Assembly: GCA_964545585.1 (NCBI GenBank)
Contig: CAZJFT010000001.1
Location: 6,056-70,055, forward strand
Source: an uncultured Methanosarcinales archaeon
GTDB taxonomy: Archaea; Nanobdellota; Nanobdellia; Woesearchaeales; UBA9642
DNA: 64,000 nt
Direction of reading: 5' to 3'
Shown here: piece by piece, positions 1 to 9,228 of the stretch
How the letters are laid out: every line of letters starts with the position of its first letter
Numbering within the stretch: position 1 is the stretch's first letter
Made by a program: the position numbers and the translations under genes
The notes under the pieces: model-generated
Database searches by the model: none
The model's input: only the letters and a program-made list of their open reading frames with translations
What the model was told of the DNA's origin: nothing

Positions 1-1199
1 GCATATTCTTTATTATTCCATGCTTCTTTTGTTATATAGATTTTGTCTTCAGTCTGCGATTTCAATGTTGCCATGAACACTCTTCCTGAAGGTATCTCTC
101 CTTTTACGAAATCGACGACCTCTAAGTCTATGACTGCAGAATTCTGCTCATAGAATTTCTTGCAATGCATCAATGCAGTATCTATATTGACGCCATAATT
201 CACGTTTTTCAGGTAAAGGAATGGGAATATCCTATAGTTCGGCTGCATCTTAAGTTTAAAATTCGGATTGAAAGTTGAATGTATGGGGAAAAAATCCCTC
301 AACTGCTGCGAAGCCCTATTCAGGAGCAAAGGATCGTACAATAATTTTGTGGCATCCACCTCTTGAGTTTTTCCTCGAGCATCTTTTTCGATCTTAGGAT
401 ATAACGAAAGTGATTTAAGTTGTGCATCCACTTGATCATCTAGTGTCGAAGTCACTTTCATGTAGAACTGTTTCCTGCCTTTCTTGTCGGCGAACTCTAT
501 CTTTGTTTTTATGTCTATATTGTTCTTGAGCAGGGCGTCACGGCTTATTTTGCCTCTAGTCATATAATAGAATTTGTCGAACTCTTTTTCAGAAGAGAAA
601 ACCTTAGAAGTGTATACATTTATACGGAATTTTTTCCTGTCGAGCTTCTTCAACACGTCATTAGTGCACAATAATTCTAAATTCGTGAAGTTGAAAGTCA
701 CATCTTCATAGTCTATTTCAGGAATATTCGACAAGTCATCTTGTATCTTGCATAGTTCTTCTAATTGAAAGGACTCATAAGTTCTTGCTTTGTATTTTTT
801 TTCAGGATTCCTGAAGAATATCTGTTTGTTTTTGACGAAGAATTCTAGGTTTTTTGCATCTTCTCTGTTGCCCCTATGCCACACTATGAATGAACTGTTG
901 GAATCTTCAGGAAGATCAAATGATTCATTCGCAGAATTATTTTTTAGTTTGCCGTACGGCAATGCCTGGAATGAATTATCAGGATATTTTTTTCTGAGTT
1001 TAGAAACTAATTCTTGAGGAGCGATATTATGTTTTGATGGGATCAATTCCCTGGTTACGGTTATCCTCCAGAAATCATCAATCTTAGTCTTCAGTTCATA
1101 TGTGTCTGTATCAAAATACTCAACTAAGACCTTTTGGCCTTCATGACCGACAGGTTTTATGTCTAATATATATGAATCCATTAAACCCCCCATATGCAT
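1..1199 (-). CDS. Hypothetical protein, N-terminal ~399 aa (gene continues beyond window start; not in ORF track because it runs off the edge)
   Basis: Manual translation of minus strand from ATG at 1199 (alternative starts 1193/1181: MHMGGLMDSYILDIKPVGHEGQKVLVEYFDTD...) stays open to position 1; no recognisable family motif. Confidence 0.4.
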   Translation of the reverse strand, partial: MHMGGLMDSYILDIKPVGHEGQKVLVEYFDTDTYELKTKIDDFWRITVTRELIPSKHNIAPQELVSKLRKKYPDNSFQALPYGKLKNNSANESFDLPEDSNSSFIVWHRGNREDAKNLEFFVKNKQIFFRNPEKKYKARTYESFQLEELCKIQDDLSNIPEIDYEDVTFNFTNLELLCTNDVLKKLDRKKFRINVYTSKVFSSEKEFDKFYYMTRGKISRDALLKNNIDIKTKIEFADKKGRKQFYMKVTSTLDDQVDAQLKSLSLYPKIEKDARGKTQEVDATKLLYDPLLLNRASQQLRDFFPIHSTFNPNFKLKMQPNYRIFPFLYLKNVNYGVNIDTALMHCKKFYEQNSAVIDLEVVDFVKGEIPSGRVFMATLKSQTEDKIYITKEAWNNKEY

Positions 1200-1260
1200 G
1201 AATATGAATACTATTTAAAAAATTAACTAAAGTATCTACTATAAAGTAAATAATATTTAA

Positions 1261-3087
1261 TTGCAGGAGAAGAGACTGGCTTTAACAAATTTTTTAAACA
1301 AAAACATAAAACAAAAATATATGAAAGACATCTGGAACCTCAAGGACATAATAGGGAAAGAAAACATCAACAATATAATAACTACCATAAAATCTGACGT
1401 AGAAAAGTTCAAGAGATACAAGGGGCAACTAGACTCATTAGACGAAAACAAGTTGCTTGAAATTATTCTTCTTAAGGAAAAAATCACAGAGGACATGATG
1501 CGTGTGGAATCATATTACTCGTTGAGGTTCTATGAGAACACCAAAGACAATGAGGCGACAGCAAAACTGTCAATGCTCAAGCAGCTCGGAACAGAATTAG
1601 GCAATGAGACGATGTTTTTTTCTTTATGGTTCATGAAATTGGATGATAAAAGAGCGAACACATTCATCAACTCAAAAAAACTCGTGACATTCAAGCATTA
1701 CCTTGAGAGGATAAGGGTATTGAAAGACCATACATTATCAGAAGACACTGAGAGGATAATAAACCTGAAGAACATCGCATCCTCAGGATTCTTCGACATA
1801 TACGAGCATATAACGAGCAGTTTTGAATATGAGTTCGACGGCAAGAAGATAGGTGAAGAAGAGCTACGTGCAAAGTGTAGGGATCCTGATGCGAAGACGA
1901 GAGAAAAAGCATATAGGATGCTTCTTGAAAGGTATGCGGACCACAAGTCAGAATTGTCAGAGATATACAGGAATATCGTTCTGGATTGGTATAATGAGGA
2001 CGTAAACATAAGGAAGTATTCATCATCAATAAGCTCAAGGAACCTTAGCAATGACTTAGATGATAAAACCATAGAAGCACTGCTCAATGTCATAAGGAAA
2101 AACAATAAGGTGTTCCAGGAATATTTCAAGCTCAAGCATTCAATGATAAACAAGAATCTGAAGAAGGGTGAACAATTCAAGCTCTCAAGATACCACCTCT
2201 ATGCACCTTACACCATGAAACTCAAGAAGTATGATTATGAGTATAGCAAAAAATATGTCCTGGAAACATTAAAACAATTTGATAAGCGATTCTATGATGC
2301 AGCAAAATCCATATTTGACACTAAACACGTCCATAGCCATCCGCAGAAGAACAAGCGTGGAGGGGCATTCTGCAGCATGATAACAAACAAGCATCTGCCA
2401 TACATACTGTTGAACCATACCGATGACATGCGCGACATGTTCACGCTAGCACACGAGTTCGGCCACGGGATACATGACGTGTTGAGCATGAAACAACCAA
2501 ATCTTATACAACATGCACCTCTTCCATTATGCGAGACCGCATCAATATTTTCAGAGATGATACTTGCAGACAGGATACTGAAAGAATCAAAAAACAATGA
2601 AGAGAAGAAATACATACTCATGAATCTCCTAGACAACCAATATGCATCCATAAACAGGCAGGCATACTTCGTGATATTTGAGATGTTCGCACATGATAAC
2701 ATAATAAAAGGCATACAATTAGAGAATCTTGATAAAGAATATCTAGAACTGCTGAAGGAGCAATTCGGCACCATGAAAATACCGGAACCATTCAAGAACG
2801 AATGGAACTATATACCACACATACACGAGTATCCATTCTATTGCTATTCATATGCATTCGGCAACCTACTTGTCCTAGCATTATATGATATATACAAGAG
2901 AGCGCAGAAGACAGGCAATGGGAAAGAATTCATAGACAAATACGTGAGAATTCTTGAAAGCGGTGGATCAAGAAGTCCTAAGGAAATGCTTGCAGAGATA
3001 GGTATAGACATAACTTCTGAACAATTCTGGCAGAGAGGATTCAGGATAATAGAAGAAGAAGTCAAAGAATTGAAGAGATTGAAATGA
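1261..3087 (+). CDS. pepF: Oligoendopeptidase F (M3B metallopeptidase)
   Basis: 608 aa; zinc-binding HEFGH motif (TLAHEFGHGIHD); length and layout typical of PepF. Confidence 0.75.
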   Translation: MQEKRLALTNFLNKNIKQKYMKDIWNLKDIIGKENINNIITTIKSDVEKFKRYKGQLDSLDENKLLEIILLKEKITEDMMRVESYYSLRFYENTKDNEATAKLSMLKQLGTELGNETMFFSLWFMKLDDKRANTFINSKKLVTFKHYLERIRVLKDHTLSEDTERIINLKNIASSGFFDIYEHITSSFEYEFDGKKIGEEELRAKCRDPDAKTREKAYRMLLERYADHKSELSEIYRNIVLDWYNEDVNIRKYSSSISSRNLSNDLDDKTIEALLNVIRKNNKVFQEYFKLKHSMINKNLKKGEQFKLSRYHLYAPYTMKLKKYDYEYSKKYVLETLKQFDKRFYDAAKSIFDTKHVHSHPQKNKRGGAFCSMITNKHLPYILLNHTDDMRDMFTLAHEFGHGIHDVLSMKQPNLIQHAPLPLCETASIFSEMILADRILKESKNNEEKKYILMNLLDNQYASINRQAYFVIFEMFAHDNIIKGIQLENLDKEYLELLKEQFGTMKIPEPFKNEWNYIPHIHEYPFYCYSYAFGNLLVLALYDIYKRAQKTGNGKEFIDKYVRILESGGSRSPKEMLAEIGIDITSEQFWQRGFRIIEEEVKELKRLK

Positions 3088-3095
3088 TTGCTAAA

Positions 3096-3653
3096 TCAAG
3101 CATATCGTTTTGACAAGGCAAAATATTTATTGTAATCCATCAACCATTGCATGAAATTCCGTTCTTTGGTCATCCTATAATCGACATCTGACTTAACTTT
3201 TGATAATGATCTGGTGCAAAGTTCGACATTGTTCTGCAACGCATTTTTTATGTCCAATATAGGCGTATCACCTCTGAACGAATCGCCTCTGATTATGTAC
3301 TTATCTGCATCTTCTCCAAAGAAATTATTAAGCATATACCCGTGCCATTGCTCCTTAATAATCCGTTTTGCAGCAGGATCTAATAACTCGCCATCATTAT
3401 ATAGCTTAAGATTTGTCCGTATTGCACATTTCAGCATCTCCCTAAAATCTTGCTTATCCATCTTTTCAGACATGGCCTTCATCACTTTCGGAAAATCATT
3501 CACAAAGACAAAATCAGTCTTATAACTATCTAAGTATTGTATGTACGGAACATCAGGGTACTGTATTATTTTATCATAAAGAAGTATTTTTTCTAACGTT
3601 CTAGGCTTCTTTTCCGTTGTAATGTCTGACATCACGAATGTATCGGTCACCAT
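3096..3653 (-). CDS. Hypothetical protein
   Basis: 185 aa ORF, no recognisable motif. Confidence 0.4.
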   Translation of the reverse strand: MVTDTFVMSDITTEKKPRTLEKILLYDKIIQYPDVPYIQYLDSYKTDFVFVNDFPKVMKAMSEKMDKQDFREMLKCAIRTNLKLYNDGELLDPAAKRIIKEQWHGYMLNNFFGEDADKYIIRGDSFRGDTPILDIKNALQNNVELCTRSLSKVKSDVDYRMTKERNFMQWLMDYNKYFALSKRYA

Positions 3654-3734
3654 GTCATTTCCAGTTATGGAAGTATATTGTAATTCCTAGTATCAACTAA
3701 CGGCAGAAATCATTTATAAAATTTATGCAAAAAA

Positions 3735-3766
3735 ATGTAAAAATATGTAAAAAAAATATGTAAAAA
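3735..3766. repeat. Tandem repeat (atgtaaaaa)x3 in promoter region
   Basis: aaatgtaaaaatatgtaaaaaaaatatgtaaaaaca, with TATA-like atttataaaa nearby at ~3710. Confidence 0.5.
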
Positions 3767-3768
3767 CA

Positions 3769-5088
3769 TCATTTCAACTGTATCCTATGGCCATTCTTCA
3801 ATAGGAATACGTTCTTGTTCTCCCTATAGCCTAATTCTTCTGCAAGCTCCAGGAATTGCTCTGCAGTCGCTATCTCAGAATGTGTGGGGATTAGATTTTT
3901 CGGATTGATGATATTTATCAGATCCCTTGCATCCTCTCTAGCGCCATGTCCTGACACATGGATGTCACGGAATATCCTAACTTTTTTCTTCTTCAACTCT
4001 GCTTCCATCTTTTCCCTGTTCTTTATGTTTTCCTCTCCAGGGATTATCGTGCATGAGAATATGACTATGTCTTCCTTCCTGAACTTGAAATAATTGTTGA
4101 ATATCATCCTTGCAAGCACGGATTTAGGCTCTCCTTGATGTCCTGTGACTATGAAAACATAATCTTCTGGCTTCTTGCACTTCTTAAGGAAATCTTGCAC
4201 TTGCTGCCTATATTTTATTATCTTCCCAGTTTTTGAAAACTCTATCACTTTTATGTTCTCTCCTGCGCGCACATACTTCTCAAGACTTCTCCCTAAGAAG
4301 ACGACTTTCCTGTTCAATTGTTTCGCAAATTCCATTATACTTTTCAACCTTGCAAGATGGCTTGAAAATGTACTTACAATCATGGCTTTTCCCTTACTGT
4401 TGGTGGATATCATCACTTCCCTGAGAAGCTCCTTCGCCACAGATTCAGAAGGAGTCTTTATTGGCTTCCCGGCATACAATGAATCCATTATCATGACTTT
4501 CACATCCTTCAACTGTGACATCCTTCCAAGATTCGACTTGCTACCTAAAGTTGGTTGGTTGTCAAGCTTGAAATCATTCGCATACACGACTTTCCCATAC
4601 TTTGTATGTATCACGACCATCGCCGTATGTATCACTGAATGCGTGATGCTTATGAATTCTATCTTGATATTTTCAGATACCTTGAATATGCTATTCACAT
4701 CATGTGCGATAAGCTTGTTAGGGACTCGTATCTCCTTGTCCTCAAGCAAGACCTTCAACACCTCTATTGTGTAAGGTGTCCCATGTATCGGACAATCGAA
4801 TTCTGGCGCAAGGAACGGCGCTGCTCCAACGTGATCAAGATGTGCATGACTTATGCATATCGCTTTCACCTTAGGAACCCAATCCTTCATGACACGTATG
4901 TCTGGCACCGCCTCCAATTCCGTCAATGTCTTCAAAGAAAGATCGACATCATCGTCGTCTTGCGTATAATTTATGTAATTCTGCAGGTGCAATCCCATAT
5001 CGAGAATTATCACTTCATCATCAACCTTGACTGCTGTGCAGTTCTTTCCTACTTCTCTATAGCCCCCTACGGGCATTATTTCTATCAT
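3769..5088 (-). CDS. rnj: RNase J-like metallo-beta-lactamase/beta-CASP ribonuclease
   Basis: 439 aa; N-terminus MIEIMPVGGYREVGKNCTAV; HxHxDH motif ISHAHLDHVGAAP; size fits archaeal RNase J (no KH domains, so not aCPSF1). Confidence 0.7.
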   Translation of the reverse strand: MIEIMPVGGYREVGKNCTAVKVDDEVIILDMGLHLQNYINYTQDDDDVDLSLKTLTELEAVPDIRVMKDWVPKVKAICISHAHLDHVGAAPFLAPEFDCPIHGTPYTIEVLKVLLEDKEIRVPNKLIAHDVNSIFKVSENIKIEFISITHSVIHTAMVVIHTKYGKVVYANDFKLDNQPTLGSKSNLGRMSQLKDVKVMIMDSLYAGKPIKTPSESVAKELLREVMISTNSKGKAMIVSTFSSHLARLKSIMEFAKQLNRKVVFLGRSLEKYVRAGENIKVIEFSKTGKIIKYRQQVQDFLKKCKKPEDYVFIVTGHQGEPKSVLARMIFNNYFKFRKEDIVIFSCTIIPGEENIKNREKMEAELKKKKVRIFRDIHVSGHGAREDARDLINIINPKNLIPTHSEIATAEQFLELAEELGYRENKNVFLLKNGHRIQLK

Positions 5089-5227
5089 TTTTTCCTCTCA
5101 ATTACTATATCGTAATTACTTTGTATTTTATATTTTTTTTATTTATTTATTATGTTGCTTTTACCTAATCCTATTTAACAACTTTCCTAATTCATAAAAG
5201 AATAAGAAAAAGGTTTAAAAATTTATC

Positions 5228-5788
5228 CTAGTTTTTGTTGAAAGGCGACATAACAAGATCATAACTATCTTTGTTCGGTTTTGCATAATTATGCTCGTTG
5301 ACCTTGAATTTCACCTGTTCTCTTGGACCGAATATGTCATTGTCTGAAATATTGGTATTATTCAATAGATCTGCACTTGAAACAACATTGCTCAATGCAT
5401 ACGGGACTGAATCATGATTTTTTGGCACAAGCTTTATCCCATAACCTATATCGTTGTCTTTGAAGATTTTGTCTAATTTTGTTAATCTCCTTTTAGGTAA
5501 ACCTACACCCATACTCAAATCTACAAATAATTCTGACCCAGCATAGTTTAACATTAAATAATCCTTTCCACGTATATCTGCTAATCCGGCAATATATCCC
5601 GGATTTCCTACTGTGATTCTGTTAAATGATTCATCCATAATCATAGTCAGATTTTCTTTCAAAAAAGGAAACTTATTTAGTGAAATTCTCGTTTTATCAG
5701 CTAATATCACTCCAGCTATAGAATTTACTATTTCTGTCGATTCTCTTGCAAATCCATTGTTATTCATTATAATCCCTCCAATAAGCAC
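5228..5788 (-). CDS. Hypothetical protein (weak resemblance to PAC2/PbaA-type proteasome assembly chaperone)
   Basis: 186 aa ORF; resemblance is impressionistic only. Confidence 0.3.
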   Translation of the reverse strand: MLIGGIIMNNNGFARESTEIVNSIAGVILADKTRISLNKFPFLKENLTMIMDESFNRITVGNPGYIAGLADIRGKDYLMLNYAGSELFVDLSMGVGLPKRRLTKLDKIFKDNDIGYGIKLVPKNHDSVPYALSNVVSSADLLNNTNISDNDIFGPREQVKFKVNEHNYAKPNKDSYDLVMSPFNKN

Positions 5789-5880
5789 AAGTGTGCTATA
5801 AGTATCGTTTAGGATACCCGTCTCTTTAAAAAGTTTGTGATTATTGAAGAGTAGTTACAAATAAGCCGTATTAAGAAAAA

Positions 5881-6033
5881 TGCGGGGGGTAGGACATTCG
5901 CCGTCTATTACGGATTCGAACCCACGAAGGCACTAAGCCAACAGATATCTCAACTATCCATATGCGAATAGCGGATAGGCATTTGCCTCAGAGTGCTTGA
6001 GTCTGTCCCATTTGGCCACTCTGGAACCCCCGC
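5881..6033 (-). tRNA. tRNA-Leu (anticodon CAA), intron-containing (two predicted introns)
   Basis: Minus-strand sequence: acceptor 5' GCGGGGG and 3' CCCCCGC + discriminator A. Class-II D arm CCA-GAGTGGCCAAA-TGG. Anticodon stem ACAGA / TCTGT, perfectly paired only if a ~49-nt intron after position 37 (CTCAAG|...) is removed. T arm GTGGG-TTCGAAT...CCTAC pairs only if ~20 nt (CCGTAATAGACGGCGAATGT) inside the T-loop region is removed. Variable arm GGC-TTAGT-GCC. TATA-like tttataaa ~25 nt upstream (6056-6063). Confidence 0.6.
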
Positions 6034-6094
6034 ATGAACAGAAGAATTAAACAAGGATTTATAAAACTTATCCTGACGCAATTATACTACGCGC

Positions 6095-6526
6095 TCAACC
6101 TAGAGCGATCAATATCGCGCCAGCAGTAATCAATGCTGCGCCGATACCTACTTTTAGAGAGATATGCTCGCCTAGAAATATAAGCGCGAGTATGAGCGCA
6201 AAAACAACACTGAGCCTATCAATAGGAACAACCTTTGACACTTCACCCATCTTTATAGCGACGAAATAAAACAACCAAGACAACGCGCCTGCAATACCGC
6301 TCAAAACAATGAACAACAATGCTTTGCTGTTCTGCAATATCGGAGAGATATCCTTGAATTTACCCTGGACCAAAATCACACCAATCAAGAAAAGTGCCAT
6401 TATTACTGCGCGGATAGCAGTGGCCGTATTAGTATCTATCCCTTGCAATCCTATTTTACCAAACAATGCAACTAATGCTGCGAAAACTGCTGACAATAAT
6501 GCAAACAATAACCACATGTAATCCAT
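6095..6526 (-). CDS. EamA-domain (DMT superfamily) small membrane transporter
   Basis: 143 aa, 4-5 hydrophobic helices; profile typical of a single EamA/DUF6 domain (GxIGL, LALIFLGE). Confidence 0.55.
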   Translation of the reverse strand: MDYMWLLFALLSAVFAALVALFGKIGLQGIDTNTATAIRAVIMALFLIGVILVQGKFKDISPILQNSKALLFIVLSGIAGALSWLFYFVAIKMGEVSKVVPIDRLSVVFALILALIFLGEHISLKVGIGAALITAGAILIALG

Positions 6527-6581
6527 AAAACAAAAAAGAACGACTTACTTAAAATATTTTTCGGAAACAGTCTTTAAGAGA

Positions 6582-7043
6582 TTATTCCAGTCCACGCAGC
6601 TTTGACTCTATTGCTGCAAGCGATGCTTCAAGCTTATGAAGTTCTGAATGCTGCTCGTGTTTGCCTTCATGGTCTGGCGCGTGTTTCTCTGCCTGTTTAA
6701 CGGCCTTCTTAGGAACCTTCTTCTCGACCTGCTTGTTTCTCTTGAAAGAGCTCATTATTTCTGTATTATAGTCAGGCAATTTTTGGGATAGCCTATTGTT
6801 CAAATAAGAAAGCTCTTTTATTGATTGCTTAAGACCTTCTAGATGCTTCAGCTTCTCCTGCCTTATCAGCAACAACTTATGATAGTTCTGAAGACTGACC
6901 AAGCTCTTCTTAGTGGATTCTAGAAGATGTCTTCTTGTATCTAAAGGACTCTTTACAGAGACATAATAAGACTCTTCATCCCTTGAAACTTTCTTTTTTG
7001 CCGCCATCTTCAAACAACACCTAGTCATTATCGAAGAATGCAC
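6582..7043 (-). CDS. Coiled-coil protein, paralog 3 of tandem triad (likely true start at MAAKKK)
   Basis: 153 aa; module YYVSVKSPLDTRRHLLES followed by heptad-rich coiled coil; basic/His-rich C-terminus. Confidence 0.45.
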   Translation of the reverse strand: MHSSIMTRCCLKMAAKKKVSRDEESYYVSVKSPLDTRRHLLESTKKSLVSLQNYHKLLLIRQEKLKHLEGLKQSIKELSYLNNRLSQKLPDYNTEIMSSFKRNKQVEKKVPKKAVKQAEKHAPDHEGKHEQHSELHKLEASLAAIESKLRGLE

Positions 7044-7242
7044 TGTCTATGAATGCAAGCCTCTTCGATATCTCATTGACGTTCTTCTCCCATTCCTGCA
7101 ATTCCTGGTCCTCTTGTGTCTTCAACTCTTTTATCCTTGCCAATTCCTGCTTCGTCTCCTTCAATTTCTTCTTCATGACATCTATTATATCAAGGACTTC
7201 CTTATAATTGTCAATCTTCACGAATACGGGTACGTTTTGCAT
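7021..7242 (-). CDS. Small coiled-coil protein, paralog 2 of tandem triad
   Basis: 73 aa; PVFVKIDNYKEVLDIIDVMKKKL followed by coiled coil. Confidence 0.45.
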   Translation of the reverse strand: MQNVPVFVKIDNYKEVLDIIDVMKKKLKETKQELARIKELKTQEDQELQEWEKNVNEISKRLAFIDSAFFDND

Positions 7243-7252
7243 AATATCACCT

Positions 7253-8002
7253 TTAAGCGAACACCTTTTTGTCTATCATAAGCATCTTCTTGTAAAGAAA
7301 TTCCATATTATCTTTACATGAATTGATAGTTAAATCCTCTTGCTTGAACGTCTCAAGAACCTGGAGCATCTTCTCATCCTGCATGACAAGTATCTTCTTC
7401 ACATCCTCCATTTCCGAGAATACCTTGCTATAATCCGTGCCCTTGACGAAAACATCATAAGGGACATCGTCAGGAACATGATGCTCAGGCAATTCTACAT
7501 CATCAAATTCGGGCACATCAAATGATTTTCCAGAATAATTTCCCGATGGGGCTTCTGGCAAAGTTATCGGCCCGGCCATAACTGCTGGCCGCGGGGGAGT
7601 TATACCGAAATCTTCCATTGTCGGAGGCTCAATCTCCTCCTCATAGTATGGCTCGTAATGCTCCCAGTCCGGCTCCTTCCATTCAGGGTCGGATAAGAAT
7701 AATTGGTTTATATCTGTTGAAAGGTCTTCTGGCATAGAATGTAATGCATGATCATGATATCCTCCTGCTTGAGGTGCATTGTCAGAAGGCAACGAATAAT
7801 CTTCAACAGGTGAAGGGACAGCGACAGGCTCTCGTGAAGAAGAATCTTGTGGATAATCATCCAACGAAGGAAGCGTCAACTCATTTAAATTCGAACCATC
7901 TACGTTCGGCAGATCAGTGTTCAAACTACTCAGATCCGGAGACTGCACAGTAGGGACAGATGAATCTTTCTTCTTCAAGAAACTAAATAATCCCATAAAC
8001 AC
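7253..8002 (-). CDS. Acidic/proline-rich disordered protein with C-terminal module, paralog 1 of triad
   Basis: 249 aa; N-terminus MGLFSFLKKK, long D/E/P-rich region, C-terminus DVFVKGTDYSKVFSEMEDVKKIL + coiled coil matching the modules of the next two ORFs. Confidence 0.45.
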   Translation of the reverse strand: MFMGLFSFLKKKDSSVPTVQSPDLSSLNTDLPNVDGSNLNELTLPSLDDYPQDSSSREPVAVPSPVEDYSLPSDNAPQAGGYHDHALHSMPEDLSTDINQLFLSDPEWKEPDWEHYEPYYEEEIEPPTMEDFGITPPRPAVMAGPITLPEAPSGNYSGKSFDVPEFDDVELPEHHVPDDVPYDVFVKGTDYSKVFSEMEDVKKILVMQDEKMLQVLETFKQEDLTINSCKDNMEFLYKKMLMIDKKVFA

Positions 8003-8148
8003 CCCTTTTTTACGACTTTAATATGAACTACCTCAGAGAATAATACTTTTAAAGACTATTAAAAGTTTTCTTATTATTGTATAATAGTGAAGATTTCTGT
8101 CCGAATGTTTTCTGACGGAAAATTTTTATTCAAGAAAAACATACATCA

Positions 8149-9147
8149 ATGATGCACGAAGTTAAAGAATTCTTCAGAAAAACTGGAAAAAACAATATCG
8201 TTCAATGCAAATTATGCCCGCATAACTGCAATATAGGAATAGATAAAAAAGGTCTATGCGGGACTAGAACAAATAATGGCGGGAAACTCTACAGCACGGT
8301 ATATGGAAGGCCATGCGCGATACACATAGATCCTGTGGAAAAGAAGCCATTATACCATTTCTATCCGGGATCCGACATACTGTCCGTTGGAACATTAGGA
8401 TGCAACCTATTTTGTAAAGGATGTCAAAACTATGACATCAGCAAAGGACCTATGAGAGACTTCCCATATGTCGAACCTGAAAAGATTGTTGAAGAAGCAG
8501 AAAATAATGATACAAATATGATAGCATATACATACAATGAGCCTACAATATTCTACGAATACATGATAGACATTGCAAAGCTTGCAAAGAAAAGAAAGAT
8601 GAAGAATGTCATCGTGAGCAACGGATTCATAAATGACGCGCCTCTGAAAAAACTCTCGAGATACGTCGATGCTGCAAACATAGACTTGAAAGGGTTTAAT
8701 GAAAAATTCTACAAAGAGTATGCGAATGCAAAACTTGAGCCCATACTGAAGAACCTCAAGACTATAAAGAGAAGCGGGACATGGCTGGAAGTTACGAATC
8801 TAATAATACCTGGATTGAACGATGAAGAATCAGACATACAAGAGATGTGTCTTTGGATTAATAAAAACTTAAAGGACACCCCATTACACCTCTCAAGATT
8901 TTTCCCATATTATAAAGCCTCAGAAAAAGAGATCACGCCTGAAAAAACACTATATAACGCAAAAAAGGTCGCGATGAAGAGCGGGATAGGCCATGTCTAT
9001 ATAGGTAATATCGGCAACTATGACAACACATATTGTAATAATTGCGACAATCTTCTCATAATCAGGGATCGTCAAGTGAGAGTTATAGGCATAATTGACG
9101 GCAAGTGTATTTCCTGTCGGAAAAAAATACCTGGCGTTTTTAATTGA
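8149..9147 (+). CDS. AmmeMemoRadiSam-system radical SAM enzyme (AmrS-like; PflA-activase related)
   Basis: 332 aa; CxxxCxxC radical SAM motif (CNLFCKGC); N-terminal CKLCPHNC...KKPLYHFYPGS signature typical of AmrS/PflX-like. Confidence 0.65.
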   Translation: MMHEVKEFFRKTGKNNIVQCKLCPHNCNIGIDKKGLCGTRTNNGGKLYSTVYGRPCAIHIDPVEKKPLYHFYPGSDILSVGTLGCNLFCKGCQNYDISKGPMRDFPYVEPEKIVEEAENNDTNMIAYTYNEPTIFYEYMIDIAKLAKKRKMKNVIVSNGFINDAPLKKLSRYVDAANIDLKGFNEKFYKEYANAKLEPILKNLKTIKRSGTWLEVTNLIIPGLNDEESDIQEMCLWINKNLKDTPLHLSRFFPYYKASEKEITPEKTLYNAKKVAMKSGIGHVYIGNIGNYDNTYCNNCDNLLIIRDRQVRVIGIIDGKCISCRKKIPGVFN

Positions 9148-9228
9148 AGGACACGAATTTCGACTTCTCCGCAGGATTTCCGAAATCTGCATAGATATCA
9201 ATTTTAATTCCTTCTGAATAATCCATCC

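Noticed and set aside
5881-6033. Alternative reading of the tRNA-like locus as SRP RNA or another ncRNA because of its 153-nt length and long internal helix (CAGAGTG/CACTCTG)
   Set aside because: Perfect tRNA acceptor halves, a class-II D arm, a CAA anticodon loop context (GACTCAAG) and a T-loop GGTTCGAAT are all present in the right order once two insert blocks are removed. The long helix is explained as exon–intron pairing typical of pre-tRNA.
6582-8002. Assignment of the coiled-coil triad to ESCRT-III/CdvB because of the N-terminal MGLFSFLKKK and the nearby PRC-barrel genes
   Set aside because: No Snf7 helical-hairpin pattern is present. The PRC-barrel genes are 14 kb away and lack the CdvA coiled-coil/E3B region. 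The resemblance is too weak.
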